From NCBI GenBank assembly GCA_038087875.1, contig JAXLNO010000446.1, forward strand, positions 806,001-870,000: DNA of 64,000 nucleotides, in the 5' to 3' direction. Below the pieces are notes generated by a model that was not told where the DNA came from, made no database searches, and worked only from the letters and a program-made list of their open reading frames with translations. The stretch comes from Malacoraja senta (taxonomy: Eukaryota). Below, piece after piece: positions 36,401 through 49,659 of the stretch. The stretch's first letter is position 1; every line of letters starts with the position of its first letter. Made by a program: the position numbers and the translations under genes.

Positions 36401-38861
36401 ATATAAAAGTGGATAAGTCTCCAGGTCCAGACAGGATATTCCCTAGGACATTGAGGGAAGTTAGTGTAGAAATAGCAGGGCTGTGACAGAAATATTTCAA
36501 ATGTCATTGGAAACGGCAATAGTGCCGGGGGATTGGCGTACTGTGCATGTTGTTCCATTGTTTAAAAAGGGGTCTAAGAGTAAACCTAGCAATTATAGAA
36601 AGGATGCTTAGAGATAATATATATTAATGGAAAGGATACTTAGAGATAATATATATAAGCATCTGGATAAACAGGGGCTGATTAGGAACAGTCAACATGG
36701 ATTTGTGCCTGGAAGGTCATGTTTGACTAATCTTCTTGAATTTTTTGAAGAGGTTACTCGGGAAATTGATGAGGGTAAAGCCGTGGATGTTGTATATATG
36801 GACTTCAGTAAGGCCTTTGACAAGGTTCCTCACGGAAGGTTGGTTAAGAAGATTCAATGGTTGGGTATTAATGGTGGAGTAGCAAGATGGATTCAACAGT
36901 GGCTGAATGGGTGGTGCCAGAGAGTAATGGTGGATGGTTGTTTGTCAGGTTGGAGGCTGGTGACTAGTGGGGTGCCACAGGGATCTGTGTTGGGTCCACT
37001 GTTGTTTGTCATGTACATCAATGATCTGGATGATGGTGTGGTAAATTGATTAGTAAGTATGCAGATGATACTAAGATAGGTGGGGCTGTGGATAATGAAG
37101 TAGATTTTCAAAGTCTACAGAGAGATTTATGCCGGTTGGAAGAGTGGGCTGAAAGATGGCAGATGGAGTTTAATGCTGATAAGTGTGAGGTGCTACATCT
37201 TGGCAGGACAAATCAAAATAGGACGTTCATGGTAAATGGTAGGGAATTGAAGAATGCAGGTGAACAGAGGGATCTTGGAATAACTGTGCACAGTTCCCTG
37301 AAAGTGGAATCTCATGTAGATAGGGTGGTAAAGAAAGCTTTTGGTGTGCTGGCTTTTATAAATCAGAGCATTGAGTATAGAAGTTGGGATGTAATGTTAA
37401 AATTGTACAAGGCATTGGTGAGGCCAATTCTGGAGTATGGTGTACAATTTTGGTCGCCTAATTATAGGAAGGATGTCAACAAAATAGAGAGAGTACAGAG
37501 GAGATTTACTAGAAAGTTGCCTGGGTTTCAGCAACTAAGTTACAGAGAAAGGTTGAACAAGTTAGGGCTTTATTCTTTGGAGCGCAGAAGGTTAAGGGGG
37601 GACTTGATAGAGGTCTTTAAAATGATGAGAGGGATAGACAGAGTTGACGTGGATAAGCTTTTCCCACTGAGAGTAGGGAAGATTCAAACAACGGGACATG
37701 ACTTGAGAATTAAGGGACAGAAGTTTAGGGGGTAACATGAGGGGGAACTTCTTTACTCAGAGAGTGGTGGCTGTGTGGAATGAGCTTCCAGTGAAGGTGG
37801 TGGAGGCAGGTTCGTTTTTATCATTTAAAAAATAAATTGGATAGTTATATGGACGGGAAAGGAATGGAGGGTTATGGTCTGAGCGCAGGTATATGGGACT
37901 AGGGGAGAATACGTGTTCTGCACGGACTAGAAAGGTCGAGATGGCCTGTTTCCGTGCTGTAATTGTTATATGGTTATATGTTATATGGTTATAAGGTGAC
38001 TTGGATAGGCTGGGTGAGTGGGCAAATATTTGGCAGATGCAGTATAATGTGGATAAATGTGAGGTTATCCACTTTGGTGGCAAAAACGGGAAGGCAGACT
38101 ATTATCTAAATGGTGGCCGATTAGGAACTGGGGAGATGCAGCAAGACCTGGGTGTCATGGTACACCAGTCATTGAAAGTAGGCATGCAGGTGCAGCAGGC
38201 AGTGAAGAAAGCGAATGGTATGTTGGCCTTCATAGCAAGAGGATTTGAGTATAGGAACAGGGAGGTTCTACTGCAGTTGCACAGGGTCTTGGTGAGACCA
38301 CACCTGGAGTATTGCGTACAGTTTTGGTCTCCAAATCTGAGGAAGGACATTATAGCCATAGAGGGAGTGCAGAGAAGGTTCACCAGACTGATTCCTGGCA
38401 TGTCAGGACTTTCATATGAAGAAAGACTGGATAGACTTGGCTTATACTCGCTAGAATTTAGGAGATTGAGAGGGGATCTTATAGAAACTTTTAAAATTCT
38501 TATGGGGTTGGACAGGTTAGATGCAGGAAGATTGTTCCCGATGTTGGGGAAGTCCAGGACAAGGGGTCACAGCTTAAGGATAAGGGGGAAATCCTTTAAG
38601 ACCGAGATGAGGAAAAACTTTTTCACACAGAGAGTGGTGAATCTCTGGAACTCTCTGCCGCAGAGGGTAGTTGAGGCCAGTTCATTGGCTATATTTAAGA
38701 GGGAGTTAGATGTGGCCCTTGTGGCTAAGGGGATCAGGGGGTATGGAGAGAAGGCAGGTACAGGATACTGAGTTGGATGATCAGCCATGATCATATTGAA
38801 TGGCGGTGCAGGCTCGAAGGGCCGAATGGCCTACTCCTGCACCTATTTTCTATGTATCTAT
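33420..38861 (+). mobile_element. CR1 lineage A, 5' truncated (33420-34550 and 37993-38861)
   Basis: ORFs 33344-33946, 34057-34572, 38001-38771; GTTC duplicated at 33416-33419 and 38862-38865. Confidence 0.93.
34551..37992 (+). mobile_element. CR1 lineage C (esterase half of ORF1, full ORF2, GTTATATG tail), frameshifted
   Basis: [30 protein letters not shown]; host lost 10 nt (AGGAGACTGC) at the insertion point. Confidence 0.93.
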
Positions 38862-39284
38862 GTTCCCGAGCATATTCCTGGCAAACGTACGTTCTCTCAA
38901 TAACAAAATGGATGAACTGCAACTCCTGCGCTGGACAAACAAGGACTTCTCTCGAGCCGCTGCCCTGTGTTTCACCGAGACCTGGCTGTGTGAGTCGACC
39001 CCGCACAGCGCGCTGCAACTGGCTGGCTTCCAACTTCACAGAGCGGACCGCGAAGTGGAGGCGACAGTGAGGAAATCAAGAGGCGGTGGAATATGCTTCT
39101 ATACCAACCAGGACTGGCGCAGTGACATCACAGTACTATCAAACTTCTGCTCTTCCAACCTAGAATCCTTCTCTATAAACTGCAAACCCTTCTACTCTCC
39201 GAGGGAATTTAACTCCTTTATTCTCGCTGGAGTTTATTTCCCCCCTCCCCCATGCCTGCGTCCGTGAGGCGCAAACGCAACTCC

Positions 39285-40102
39285 CAGGCACGTGCCGTGA
39301 GTAATTACTCCGGGTAGGCAGTCAGTTGGCTTTTTAGAAATCTTAAACCACGCATGCGCAGATTGTTCTCCTCGCCGTAAGCTGTCAGTTGACTTTTATA
39401 AAGTCTTCAAAAGCCATATCTCTTAATAAAGTACCGTATTTCCTGGCAATGAAGACGCACCTGCGTTGAAGACACGCCCCCATTTTGAGTTGCTAAATTT
39501 TTAAAGAAGGCTGGCTGGACATAGAATTTCTCACGCTCAAAAAAATAAAAAAATATAAATAAAGAAAGTAACAACTCAATTTGCCAAAGGCTTCCAAATC
39601 TCCTTTATTCTGAATTACTGAGGGGTGGAGTGTGACGGCAGGTGGAGAGATGGTGGGAAAAACGGGAGCACACCGGGACAAGTTGAATCAATTGTGATCT
39701 TATTGAATGACAATACTAGTTAAAGGGACCCATTGGGGGGAGAGTTCCTTTCACAGCGTGTGGGGAGTCTGGCCAGGGGTAAAGTTGCGGGGAGGGCAGG
39801 AGCGTTGAGATGGAGGTGGTCGGGGATCATGCCAGTAACCCACTCACTCACTGCTGCCGCAGCGGTCCGGGCACGGAGCCACCGCATTGTTCTTGATGTT
39901 GCTGTACTGAGGGATAGCCAAGTCTATCTTTCTTGGCTAACAACCTAATCTTTGGCCTCCAAGACACAGGTACATTTTCATGCCGTAATTCATAAGAGGC
40001 ATAATTCTCCCGCGCCTTTACTATTTATTTAATAATTACCATTTTATAATTTTAGTCAGGGTAGGCAGTGCCTACCTTGCCTACCCTGAGGGCATGTGCC
40101 TG
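39285..40102. mobile_element. 818-bp non-autonomous element with imperfect terminal inverted repeats (hAT-like ends)
   Basis: Left CAGGCACGTGCC versus reverse complement of right end CAGGCACATGCC; subterminal GGTAGGCA motifs at both ends; interrupts the Rex endonuclease. Confidence 0.7.
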
Positions 40103-41650
40103 CTGGCCAGGTAATGAGGGTAGAGAGTGACTTCCCGGACTCCATGGTCATTGTTTTGGGGGACTTTAACAAAGCTAACCTCAGCCGTGACCTTCCAAAG
40201 TTTAGGTTGCCTGCCCCACCAGAAGGCAGAGAACACTTGACCACTGTTACACGTCAATCAAGAACGCATATCGCTCTGTTCCCCGGGCGGGTCTGGGTCT
40301 CTCTGATCATTGTCTAGTTCACCTTATCCCGACCTACAGGCAGAAACTAAAATCTGCTAAGTTTGTGGTCAGAACAACGAAAAGGTGGACAAGCGAGGGC
40401 ATTGAGAACCTACAATCCTGCTTTGACTGCACGGAGTGGAATGTGTTTAGGGAAGCAACCACAAGCCTCGATGAGTATACTGACACTGTGACATGTGTCA
40501 GCTTTTGCAAGGACAGTTGCATTCCAACTAGGACCCGGACTTGGTTCAACAACGACAAGCCCCGTTTACTGTGGAACTCAGACAGTTCCGCCAGTCTAAA
40601 GAGGAAGCCTATAGGAGTGGGGATACAGACCTCTACAGGCAGGCAAAGTACAAGCTGAGAAGAGGAATTGGAGCTGCCAAGGAAAGGAGGAGCAAGTTTT
40701 CAGCTAGTGACTCTTCAGTTTGGAAGGGCTTGCAAGTAATCACCAGCATCCAAATACAAGGCGTAGCTATGGGCACACGCATGGGCTCCAGCTACGCCTG
40801 CCTCTTTGTCGGGTACATAGAATAATCCTTGTTCAATGCGTACCAGGGCCCCATCCCCGACCTCTACCTCCGCTACATCGATGACTGTTTTGGTGCCACC
40901 TCCTGCACCAACACACAACTGACTGACTTCATCCGCTTCACCACTAACTTCCATCCGGCACTCAAATACACCTGGACCATTTCCGACACTTCCCTACCAT
41001 TCCTTGACCTCACTATCTCCATCGCAGGTGATGGACTTCATACCGACATCCACTACAAACCTACCGACTCCCATGGCTATCTGGACTACACTTCTTCCCA
41101 CCCTGCTTCCTGTAAGGACTCCATCCCCCACTCCCAATTCCTCCGTCTACGCCGCATCTGCTCCCAGGATGAGGCGTTCCACACCAGGGCATCCGAAATG
41201 TCCTCATTCTTCAGGGAACGGGGGTTCCCCTACTCCACCATAGATGAGGCTCACACCAGGGTCTCTGCCATACCCCGCAACACTGCTCTCACTCCCCATC
41301 CCCCCACTCACAAGGGCAGAGTCACCCTAGTCCTCACCTTTCACCCCACCAGCCGTCACATACAACAAGTGATCCTCCGTCAGTTTCGCCACCTCCAACG
41401 TGACCCCACCACTCGCCACATCTTCTCATCTCCCCCCATGTCTGTCTTCCGCAAAGACCGCTCCCTCCGTAACTCCCTTGTCAATTCTTCCCTTCCCTCC
41501 CATACCACCCCCTCCCCGGGTACTTTCCCTTGCAACCGCAAGAGATGCAACACTTGTCCCTTCACCTCCCCCCTCGATTCCATTCAAGGACCCAAGCAGT
41601 CACTCCAGGTGCGACAGAGATTCACCTGCATATCCTCCAACCTCATTTAT

Positions 41651-43769
41651 AAGGTGACATTTTAAGAGTACAGAATCTTTATGTCCCTGTTCGGTTGAAA
41701 GGAAATAGTAACAATTGGAAAGAGCCATGGTTTTCAAGGGAAATTGGACACTTGGTTCGGAAAAAGAGAGAGATCTACAATATTTATAGGTAGCATGGAG
41801 TAAATGAGGTGCTTGAGGAGTATAAAGAATGTAAAAAGAATATTAAGAAAGAAATTAGAAAAGCTAAAAGAAGATATGAGGTTGCTTTGGCAAGTAAGGT
41901 GAAAGTAAATCCAAAGGGTTTCTACAGCTATATTAATAGCAAAAGGATAACAAGGAATAAAATTGGTCCATTAGAGAGTCAGAGTGGACAACTATCTGCA
42001 GAGCCAAAAGAGATGGGGGAGATATTGAACAATTTCTTTTCTACGGTATTCACCAAGGAGAAGGATATGGAATTATGTGAGGTAAGGGAAACAAGCAGAG
42101 TAGCAATGGAAACTATGAGATGCAAAGATGAGGAGGTGCGGACACTTTTGAAAAATATGAAAACGGATAAGTCTCCAGGTCCTGACAGGATATTCCCGAG
42201 GACATTGAGGGAAGTTAGTGTAGAAATAGCAGGGGCTATGACAGAAATATTTCAAATGTCATTAGAAACGGGAATAGTGCCGGAGGATTGGCGTACTGCG
42301 CATGTTGTTCCGTTGTTTAAAAAGGGTTCTAAGAGTAAACCTAGCAATTATAGACCTGTTAGTTTGACGTCAGTTGTGGGCAAATGAATGGAAAGAATAC
42401 TTAGAGATAATATATATAAGCATCTGGATAAGCAGGGTCTGATTAGGAACAGTCAACATGGATTTGTGCCTGGAAGGTCATGTTTGACTAATCTTCTAGA
42501 ATTTTTCGAAAAGGTTACTAGGGAATTTGATGAGGGTAAACCAGTGGATGTTGTCTATATGGACTTCAGTAAGGCCTTTGACAAGGTTCCTCATGGAAGG
42601 TTGGTTAAGAAGATTCAATTGTTGGGTATTAATGGTGGAGTAGCAAGATGGATTCAACAGTGGCTGAATGGGAGATGCCAGAGAGTAATGGTGGATGGCT
42701 GTTTGTCAGGTTGGAGGCCGGTGACTAGTGGGGTGCCTCAGGGGTCTGTGTTGGGTCCACTGTTGTTTGTCATGTACATCAATGATCTGGATGATGGTGT
42801 GGAAAATTGGATTAGTATGCAGATGATACTAAGATAGGTGGTGTGGTGGATAATGAAGTAGATTTTCAAAGTCTACAGAGAGATTTAGGCCATTTGGAAG
42901 AGTGGGCTGAAAGATGGCAGATGGAGTTTAATGCTGATAAATGTGAGGTACTACATCTCAGCAGGACAAATCAAAATAGGACGTACATGGTAAAGGGTAG
43001 AGAATTGAGGAATGCAGTTGAACAGAGGGATCTAGGAATAACTGTGCATAGTTCCCTGAAGGTGGAATCTCATGTAGATAGGGTGGTAAAGAAAGCTTTT
43101 GGTGTGCTGGCCTTTATAAATCAGAGCATTGAATATAGAAGTTGGGATGTAATGTTAAAATTGTACAAGGCATTGGTGAGGCCAATTCTGGAGTATGGAG
43201 TACAATTTTGGTTGCCTAATTATAGGAAGGATGCCAACAAAATAGAGAGAGTACAGAGGAGATTTACTAGAATGTTGCCTGGGTTTCAGCAACTAAGTTA
43301 CAGAGAAAGGTTGAACAAGTTAGGTCTTTATTCTTTGGAGCGCAGAAGGTTAAGAGGGGACTTGATAGAGGTCTTTAAAATTATGAGCGGGTTAGACAGA
43401 GCTGACGTGGATAAGCTTTTCCCATTGAGAGTAGGGAAGATTCAAACAAGGGGACATGACTTGAGAATTAAGGGACAGAAGTTTAGGGGTAACATTAGGG
43501 GGAACTTCTTTACTCAGAGAGTGGTAGCTGTGTGGAATGAACTTCCAGTGGAAGTGGTGGAGGCTGGTTCGATTTTATCCTTTAAAAATAGATTGGATGG
43601 GTATATGGACGGGAAAGGAATGGAGGGTTATGGTCTGAGTGCAGGTAGATGGGACTAGGGGGAAGTATTTATTTTAATTAAAAAAAAATTTTTTTTTAAT
43701 GTTCGGCACGGACTTGAAGGGCCGAGATGGCCTGTTTCCGTGCTGTAATGGTTATATGGTTATATGGTT
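41651..43769 (+). mobile_element. CR1 lineage C, 5' truncated
   Basis: ORFs 41809-43658, highly similar to 35895-37992; GTTATATG tail. Confidence 0.93.
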
Positions 43770-44169
43770 ATCCGCTGCTCTAGATGTCAGCTGATCTACA
43801 TCGGTGAGACCAAGCGGAGGCTTGGCGATCGTTTCGCCGAACACCTCCGGTCGGTCCGCAATAACCTACCTGACCTCCCGGTGGCTCAGCACTACCACTC
43901 CCCCTCCCATTCCGTATCTGACCTCTCTGTCCTGGGTCTCCTCCATGGCCACAGAGAGCAACACCGGAAATTGGAGGAAATGCACCTCATATACCGCTTG
44001 GGCAGCCTACATCCTGGGGGCATGAACATTGAATTCTCCCAACTCTGCTAGCCCTTGCTGTCCCCTCCCCTTCATCAGCCCTCTGGTTGTCTCCTCCCAT
44101 CCCCCAGCCCTCGGGCTCCTCCTCCGCCTTTTTTCCTTTTTTCCTTTCTTCTCCCCACCCCCTTTCAAT

Positions 44170-44197
44170 CTGAAGAAGGGTTTCAGCCCGAAACGTT
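44170..44197 (+). ncRNA. Minimal hammerhead core in Penelope terminus, putative
   Basis: CTGAAGA-A-GGG-TTTCAG-CCC-GAAA-CG-TT; minimal hammerheads are an established feature of Penelope-like termini. Confidence 0.6.
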
Positions 44198-44558
44198 GCC
44201 TATTTCCTTCGCTCCATAGATGCTGCTGCACCCGCTGAGTTTCTCCAGCATTTTTGTGTACCTTCGATTTTCCAGCATCTGCAGTTCCTTCTTTAACACA
44301 AGAGGACAGCCGCCCGCTCTATGGACAATCGTCAGCTGACCAACGACCTGGTGTTCTACTGCAGGTTTGACAAGCAGAAATGTAACCCCCTCCCCAACAA
44401 ACACAGCCAGAACCCAGTCTGCAAAACTGGACCCTTATACACCCACTCCTCCCCAATCACCACTTCACACCTACTTAAAGAAAGACTCTAGTCTCAAAAG
44501 GTTGGACCATTTCCCTGTTCATCATCATCATCAACAAATAAAAATAGAGGAGGTGGAG

Positions 44559-44767
44559 GGAGAGAAGGCAGTGGAGGCCAAATAACTGGATGGATTTAAG
44601 AGAGTTAGATAGAGCTCTAGGGGCTAGTGGATCAAGGGATATGGGGAGAAGGCAGGCAGGCAGGCACGGGTTATTGATTGGGGATGATCAGCCATGATCG
44701 CAATGAATGGCGGTGCTGGCTCGAAGGGCCGAATGGCCTCCTCCTGCACCTATTTTCTATGTTTCTA
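44559..44767 (+). mobile_element. Short CR1 3' fragment inside Rex
   Basis: GYGEKAG, GGCCGAATGGCC hairpin, TTCTATGT tail; GAG repeated at the junctions. Confidence 0.88.
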
Positions 44768-46509
44768 TGAGAGGTTGTTCAGAGACAAATCCGGAAATCT
44801 CCAGGACCGGACAATGTTTCCCCCTCTACTCTCAAGCTCTGTGCCAAACAGCTGGCACTGGTCTACACAGACACTTTCAACCACTCCCTGCAAACATGTA
44901 CTGTCCCTGCCTGCTTCAAAGTCTCCACTATTGTCCCTGTACCCAAAAAGGCAAGGATTACTGGTCTTAATGGCTACAGGCTTGTCGCACTGACCTCTGT
45001 AGTCATGAAGACACTTGAAAGGCTTGTGCTGGCCAAGCTGAAAAATATCACAAGCCCCCTGCTGGACCCTCTGCAGTTTGCTTATCGGGCCAATAGATCT
45101 GTGGATGATGCAGTCAACCTGGGCCTGCACTTCATCCTGCAGCACCTAGACCGCCAGGGGACCTATGCGAGGATTTTGTTTGTTGATTTTAGCTCTGCAT
45201 TCAACACCATTGTGCCAGAGCTACTACACTCCAAACTTTCCGAGTTGACTGTGCCTGAACCCCTCTGTCGGTGGATCACCAGCTTCCTGGCAGACAGGAA
45301 GCAGCATGTGAGGCTGGGAAAGCACATCTTGGACCCGCAGAGCCACAGCATAGGAGCACCGCAAGGCTGCGTACTCTCCCCTCTCCTCTACTCTCTCTAC
45401 ACCAACGACTGCACCTCCACTGACACCTCTGTCAAGCTTCTCAAGTTTGCGGACGACACAACCCTGATTGTACTGATCCAGGATGGGGAGGAATCTGCCT
45501 ACAGACAGGAAGTGACACAGCTGGCGTCCTGATGCCATCGCAACAACCTGGAGCTCAATGCTCTTAAGACAGTGGAATTGATTGTAGACTTTAGGAGAGC
45601 TCCCCCTCCCCTCACCCCACTCACCATCAACAACACCACAGTCACATCTGTGGAGTCTTTTAAGTTCCTGGGAACCATCATCTCCAAGGACCTTAAGTGG
45701 GGGGGGGCTACCATCGACGCCACAGTCAAAAAGGCCCAACAGAGGATGTACTTCCTACGGCAGCTGAGGAAGCACAATCTGCCACAGGCAATGATGGTCC
45801 AATTCTACACGGCCATCGTAGAGTCTGTCCTCACCTTCTCCATCATGGTCTGGTTTGGCTCAGCCACCAAGCACGACACCTGGAGGCTGCAGCGAATCGT
45901 CTGATCAGCTGAGAAGATTATTGGCTGCAACCTTCCCTCCATTGATGAACTGTACACTGCAAGGGCCAGGAAGTGAGCGGGTAAGATCATCTCTGACCCC
46001 TCTCACCCTGGCCACAAACTCTTTGAATCACTTCCCTCTGGAAGGCGACTCCGGACTGTCAAAGCTGCCACAGCCAGACATAAAAACAACTTTTTTTTCC
46101 ACGAGTAGCAGCTCTACTCAATAACCAAAAATCTGTAGCCTCCTTTTGCTCTGGTATTTTATTTCATTCACATGTTTAATCGATAATGTTTTATTGTTAA
46201 TGTTTAATGTTTTATGTGTCATTCCTAACTGTCACTGTGTGTCATGTTGTCACTTGCGGGTGGAGCACCAATGCGAATTCCTTGTATGTGAATACTTGGC
46301 CAATAAACCTATCCATTCATTCACTTTCAAGTCCCAGTTGTTGTAAGTGCAGGGATCTTGATCTGACCATGAAGGTCTGTTGTCATGGCGATGTTGCAGG
46401 TTCGGCCTGGGCAAGCGTAACCGTGGTGTCCTCCACTATTGTTCCACTGCTGTAGAGCGCATGAGGTCCACGTGCTCGGCCTTTGAGAACGGCGCCCGGT
46501 CCAGCCCAG

Positions 46510-46710
46510 CCCCAGGCTGCTGCAGGGCCTCCAGCAGGGCCCGGGCTAATGGAGCCCCAGGCTGCTGCAGGGCCTCCAGGCACCCGGTCTAATGGAGGTC
46601 CAGGCTGCTGCAGGGCCTCCAGGCACCCGGTCTAACGGAGCCCCAGGCTGCTGCAGGGCCTTCAGGCACCCGGTCTAATGGAGGTCCAGGCTGCTGCAGG
46701 GCCTCCAGCA
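46510..46710. repeat. 43-bp GC-rich tandem repeat, 5 core copies
   Basis: CCAGGCTGCTGCAGGGCCT starts at 46512, 46557, 46600, 46643, 46686. Confidence 0.92.
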
Positions 46711-46784
46711 GACAAGTGAAAATCAACTAAACTAAACTCTGACTGACACCTGAGAAACCACAGACTGAATGTTCCTCTACGCTG

Positions 46785-47197
46785 GAAGAGGTTGAGTAGG
46801 CTGGGTCTGTATTCCCTGGAGCACAGGAGGATGAGGGGTGATCTTATAGAGGTGTACAAAATCATGAGAGGAATAGATCGGGTAGATGCACAGAGTCTCT
46901 TGCCCAGAGTAGGGGAATCGAGAACCAGAGGACATAGGTTTAAGGTGAGGGTGGGAAAGATTTAATAGGAATCTGAGGGGTAACTATTCACACAAAGGGT
47001 GGCGGGTGTATGTAATAAGCTGCCAGAGGAGGTAGTTGAGGCTGGGACTATCTTATTGTTTAAGAAACAGTTAGACAAGTACATGGATAGCACAGGTTTG
47101 GAGGAATATGGGCCAAACGCGGGCATGTTATGACCTTGTGTTGGACAGTGTGGGCGTTGGGCCGAGGGGCCTGTTTCCACACTGTCTCACTATGTCT
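46785..47197 (+). mobile_element. CR1 lineage D 3' fragment
   Basis: Similar to 14475-14900. Confidence 0.85.
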
Positions 47198-47516
47198 CTA
47201 AGACGCAATGGGAAAGCAATGATCCATCAGTCAAGTTGATTGCAGAATTAACGGGTAAACTTATAGAATTAATTTTATTTTGCTTTTGTTGAATTGGCAC
47301 TTTGTTGGAGTTATTTAATAGGTTTGGCAAATGCAATGATCATCAATGTAGTTTGTGTGACATTAATGGGTTTACTGAGTGGGCTGCGGTGATGCAGCTG
47401 GCCAGATAGCTCTCTCCCTGCCTCACAAATCCACAGGCATACTTCAGTATTATTTCAAAATCAGAGCTGGTTCAAAATGTTTCTCTTTGAGGAGTTGTGA
47501 TCTCCACTAACTGGAC

Positions 47517-49657
47517 ATGCAATGGAAGACATTTAAAGACTGCATGGATGAACTACAAAAATTGTTCATCCCAGTTTGGCAAAAGAATAAATCAGGGAAG
47601 GTAGTGCATCCATGGATAACAAGGGAAATCAGGGATGGTATCAAAGCGAAGGATGATGCGTACAAATTAGCCAGAAAAAGCAGCATACCGGAGGACTGGG
47701 AGAAATTCAGAGACCAGCAGAGGAGGACAAAGGGCTTAATTAGGAAAGGAAAAATAGATTATGAAAGAAAACTGGCAGGGAACATAAAAACTGACTGCAA
47801 AAGTTTTTATAGATATGTAAAAAGAAAGAGATTAGTTAAAACAAATGTAGGTCCCTTGCAGTCAGAAACAGGTGAGTTGATCATGGGGAACAAGGATATG
47901 GCGGACCAATTGAATAACTACTTTGGTTCCGTCTTCACTAAGGAAGACATAAATAATCTGCCGGAAATAGCAGGGGACCGCGGGTCAAAGGAGTTGGAGG
48001 AATTGAGTGAAATCCAGGTTAGTCGGGAAGTGGTTTTGGGTAAATTGAATGGATTAAAGGCCGATAAATCCCCAGGGCCAGATAGGCTGCATCCCAGAGT
48101 ACTTAAGGAAGTAGCTCCAGAAATAGTGGATGCATTAGTAATAATCTTTCAAAACTCTTTAGATTCTGGAGTAGTTCCTGAGGATTGGCGGGTAGCAAAC
48201 GTAACCCCACTTTTTAAGAAGGGAGGGAGAGAGAAAACGGGGAATTACAGACCAGTTAGTCTAACATCGGTAGTGGGGAAACTGCTAGAGTCAGTTATTA
48301 AAGATGGGATAGCAGCACATTTGGAAAGTGGTGAAATCATTGGACAAAGTCAGCATGGATTTACGAAAGGTAAATCATGTCTGACGAATCTTATAGAATT
48401 TTTCGAGGATGTAACTAGTAGCGTGGATAGGGGAGAACCAGTGGATGTGGTGTATCTGGACTTCCAGAAGGCTTTCGACAAGGTCCCACATAAGAGATTA
48501 GTATACAAACTTAAAGCACATGGCATTGGGGGTTCAGTATTGATGTGGATAGAGAACTGGCTGGCAAACAGGAAGCAAAGAGTAGGAGTAAACGGGTCCT
48601 TTTCACAATGGCAGGCAGTGACTAGTGGGGTACCGCAAGGCTCAGTGCTGGGACCCCAGCTATTTACAATATATATTAATGACCTGGATGAGGGAATTGA
48701 AGGCAATATCTCCAAGTTTGCGGATGACACTAAGCTGGGGGGCAGTGTTAACTGTGAGGATGATGCTAGGAGACTGCAAGGTGACTTGGATAGGCTGGGT
48801 GAGTGGGCAAATGTTTGGCAGATGCAGTATAATGTGGATAAATGTGAGGTTATCCATTTTGGTGGCAAAAACAGGAAAGCAGACTATTATCTAAATGGTG
48901 GCCGACTAGGAAAAGGGGAGATGCAGCGAGACCCGGGTGTCATCGTACACCAGTCATTGAAAGTAGGCATGCAGGTGCAGCAGGCAATGAAGAAAGCGAA
49001 TGGTATGTTAGCTTTCATAGCAAAAGGATTTGAGTATAGGAGCAGGGAGGTTCTACTGCAGTTGTACAGGGTCTTGGTGAGACCACACCTGGAGTATTGC
49101 GTACAGTTTTGGTCTCCAAATCTGAGGAAGGACATTATTGCCATAGAGGGAGTGCAGAGAAGGTTCACCAGACTGATTCCTGGGATGTCAGGACTGTCTT
49201 ATGAAGAAAGACTGGATAGACTTGGTTTATACTCTCTAGAATTTAGGAGATTGAGAGGGGATCTTATAGAAACTTACAAAATTCTTAAGGGGTTGGACAG
49301 GCTAGATGCAGGAAGATTGCTCCCGATGTTGGGGAAGTCCAGGACAAGGGGTCACAGCTTAAGGATAAGGGGGAAATCCTTTAAAACCGAGATGTGAAGA
49401 ACTTTTTTCACACAGAGAGTGGTGAATCTCTGGAACTCTCTGCCACAGAGGGTAGTCGAGGCCAGTTCATTGGCTATATTTAAGAGGGAGTTAGATGTGG
49501 CCCTTGTGGCTAAAGGGATCAGAGGGTATGGAGAGAAGGCAGGTACGGGATACTGAGTTGGATGATCAGCCATGATCATATTGAATGGCGGTGCAGGCTC
49601 GAAGGGCCGAATGGCCTACTCCTGCACCTAATTTCTATGTTTCTATGTTTCTATGTT
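47517..49657 (+). mobile_element. Young 5'-truncated CR1 lineage A with a 626-codon open ORF2 segment (47517-49397)
   Basis: Intact RT motifs; one premature TGA near the C-terminus; (TTCTATGT)3 tail. Confidence 0.95.
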
Positions 49658-49659
49658 TT

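Larger units (their letters stand above)
40748..44297 (+). mobile_element. Penelope-like element, 5' truncated (40748-41650 and 43770-44297)
   Basis: QGVAMGT, YLRYIDD, LPFLD and YKPT RT motifs; GIY-YIG SNLIY|IRCSRCQLIYIGETKR; pyrimidine-rich UTR and terminal hammerhead. Confidence 0.93.
33074..46321 (+). mobile_element. Complete but disabled Rex1/Babar LINE in pieces: 33074-33419, 38862-39284, 40103-40747, 44298-44558, 44768-46321
   Basis: Reading continues across each insertion: ...RGSRTP|FPSIFLANVRSLNNK (APE: FTETWL, GDFN), [52 protein letters not shown]; (ATTC)n tail; candidate TSD CATTTT (33068-33073) and CACTTT (46322-46327). Confidence 0.9.

Noticed and set aside
47517..49397. Functional or domesticated RT gene
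   Set aside because: 5'-truncated CR1 lacking endonuclease and promoter, with a premature stop and near identity to other copies; openness reflects youth
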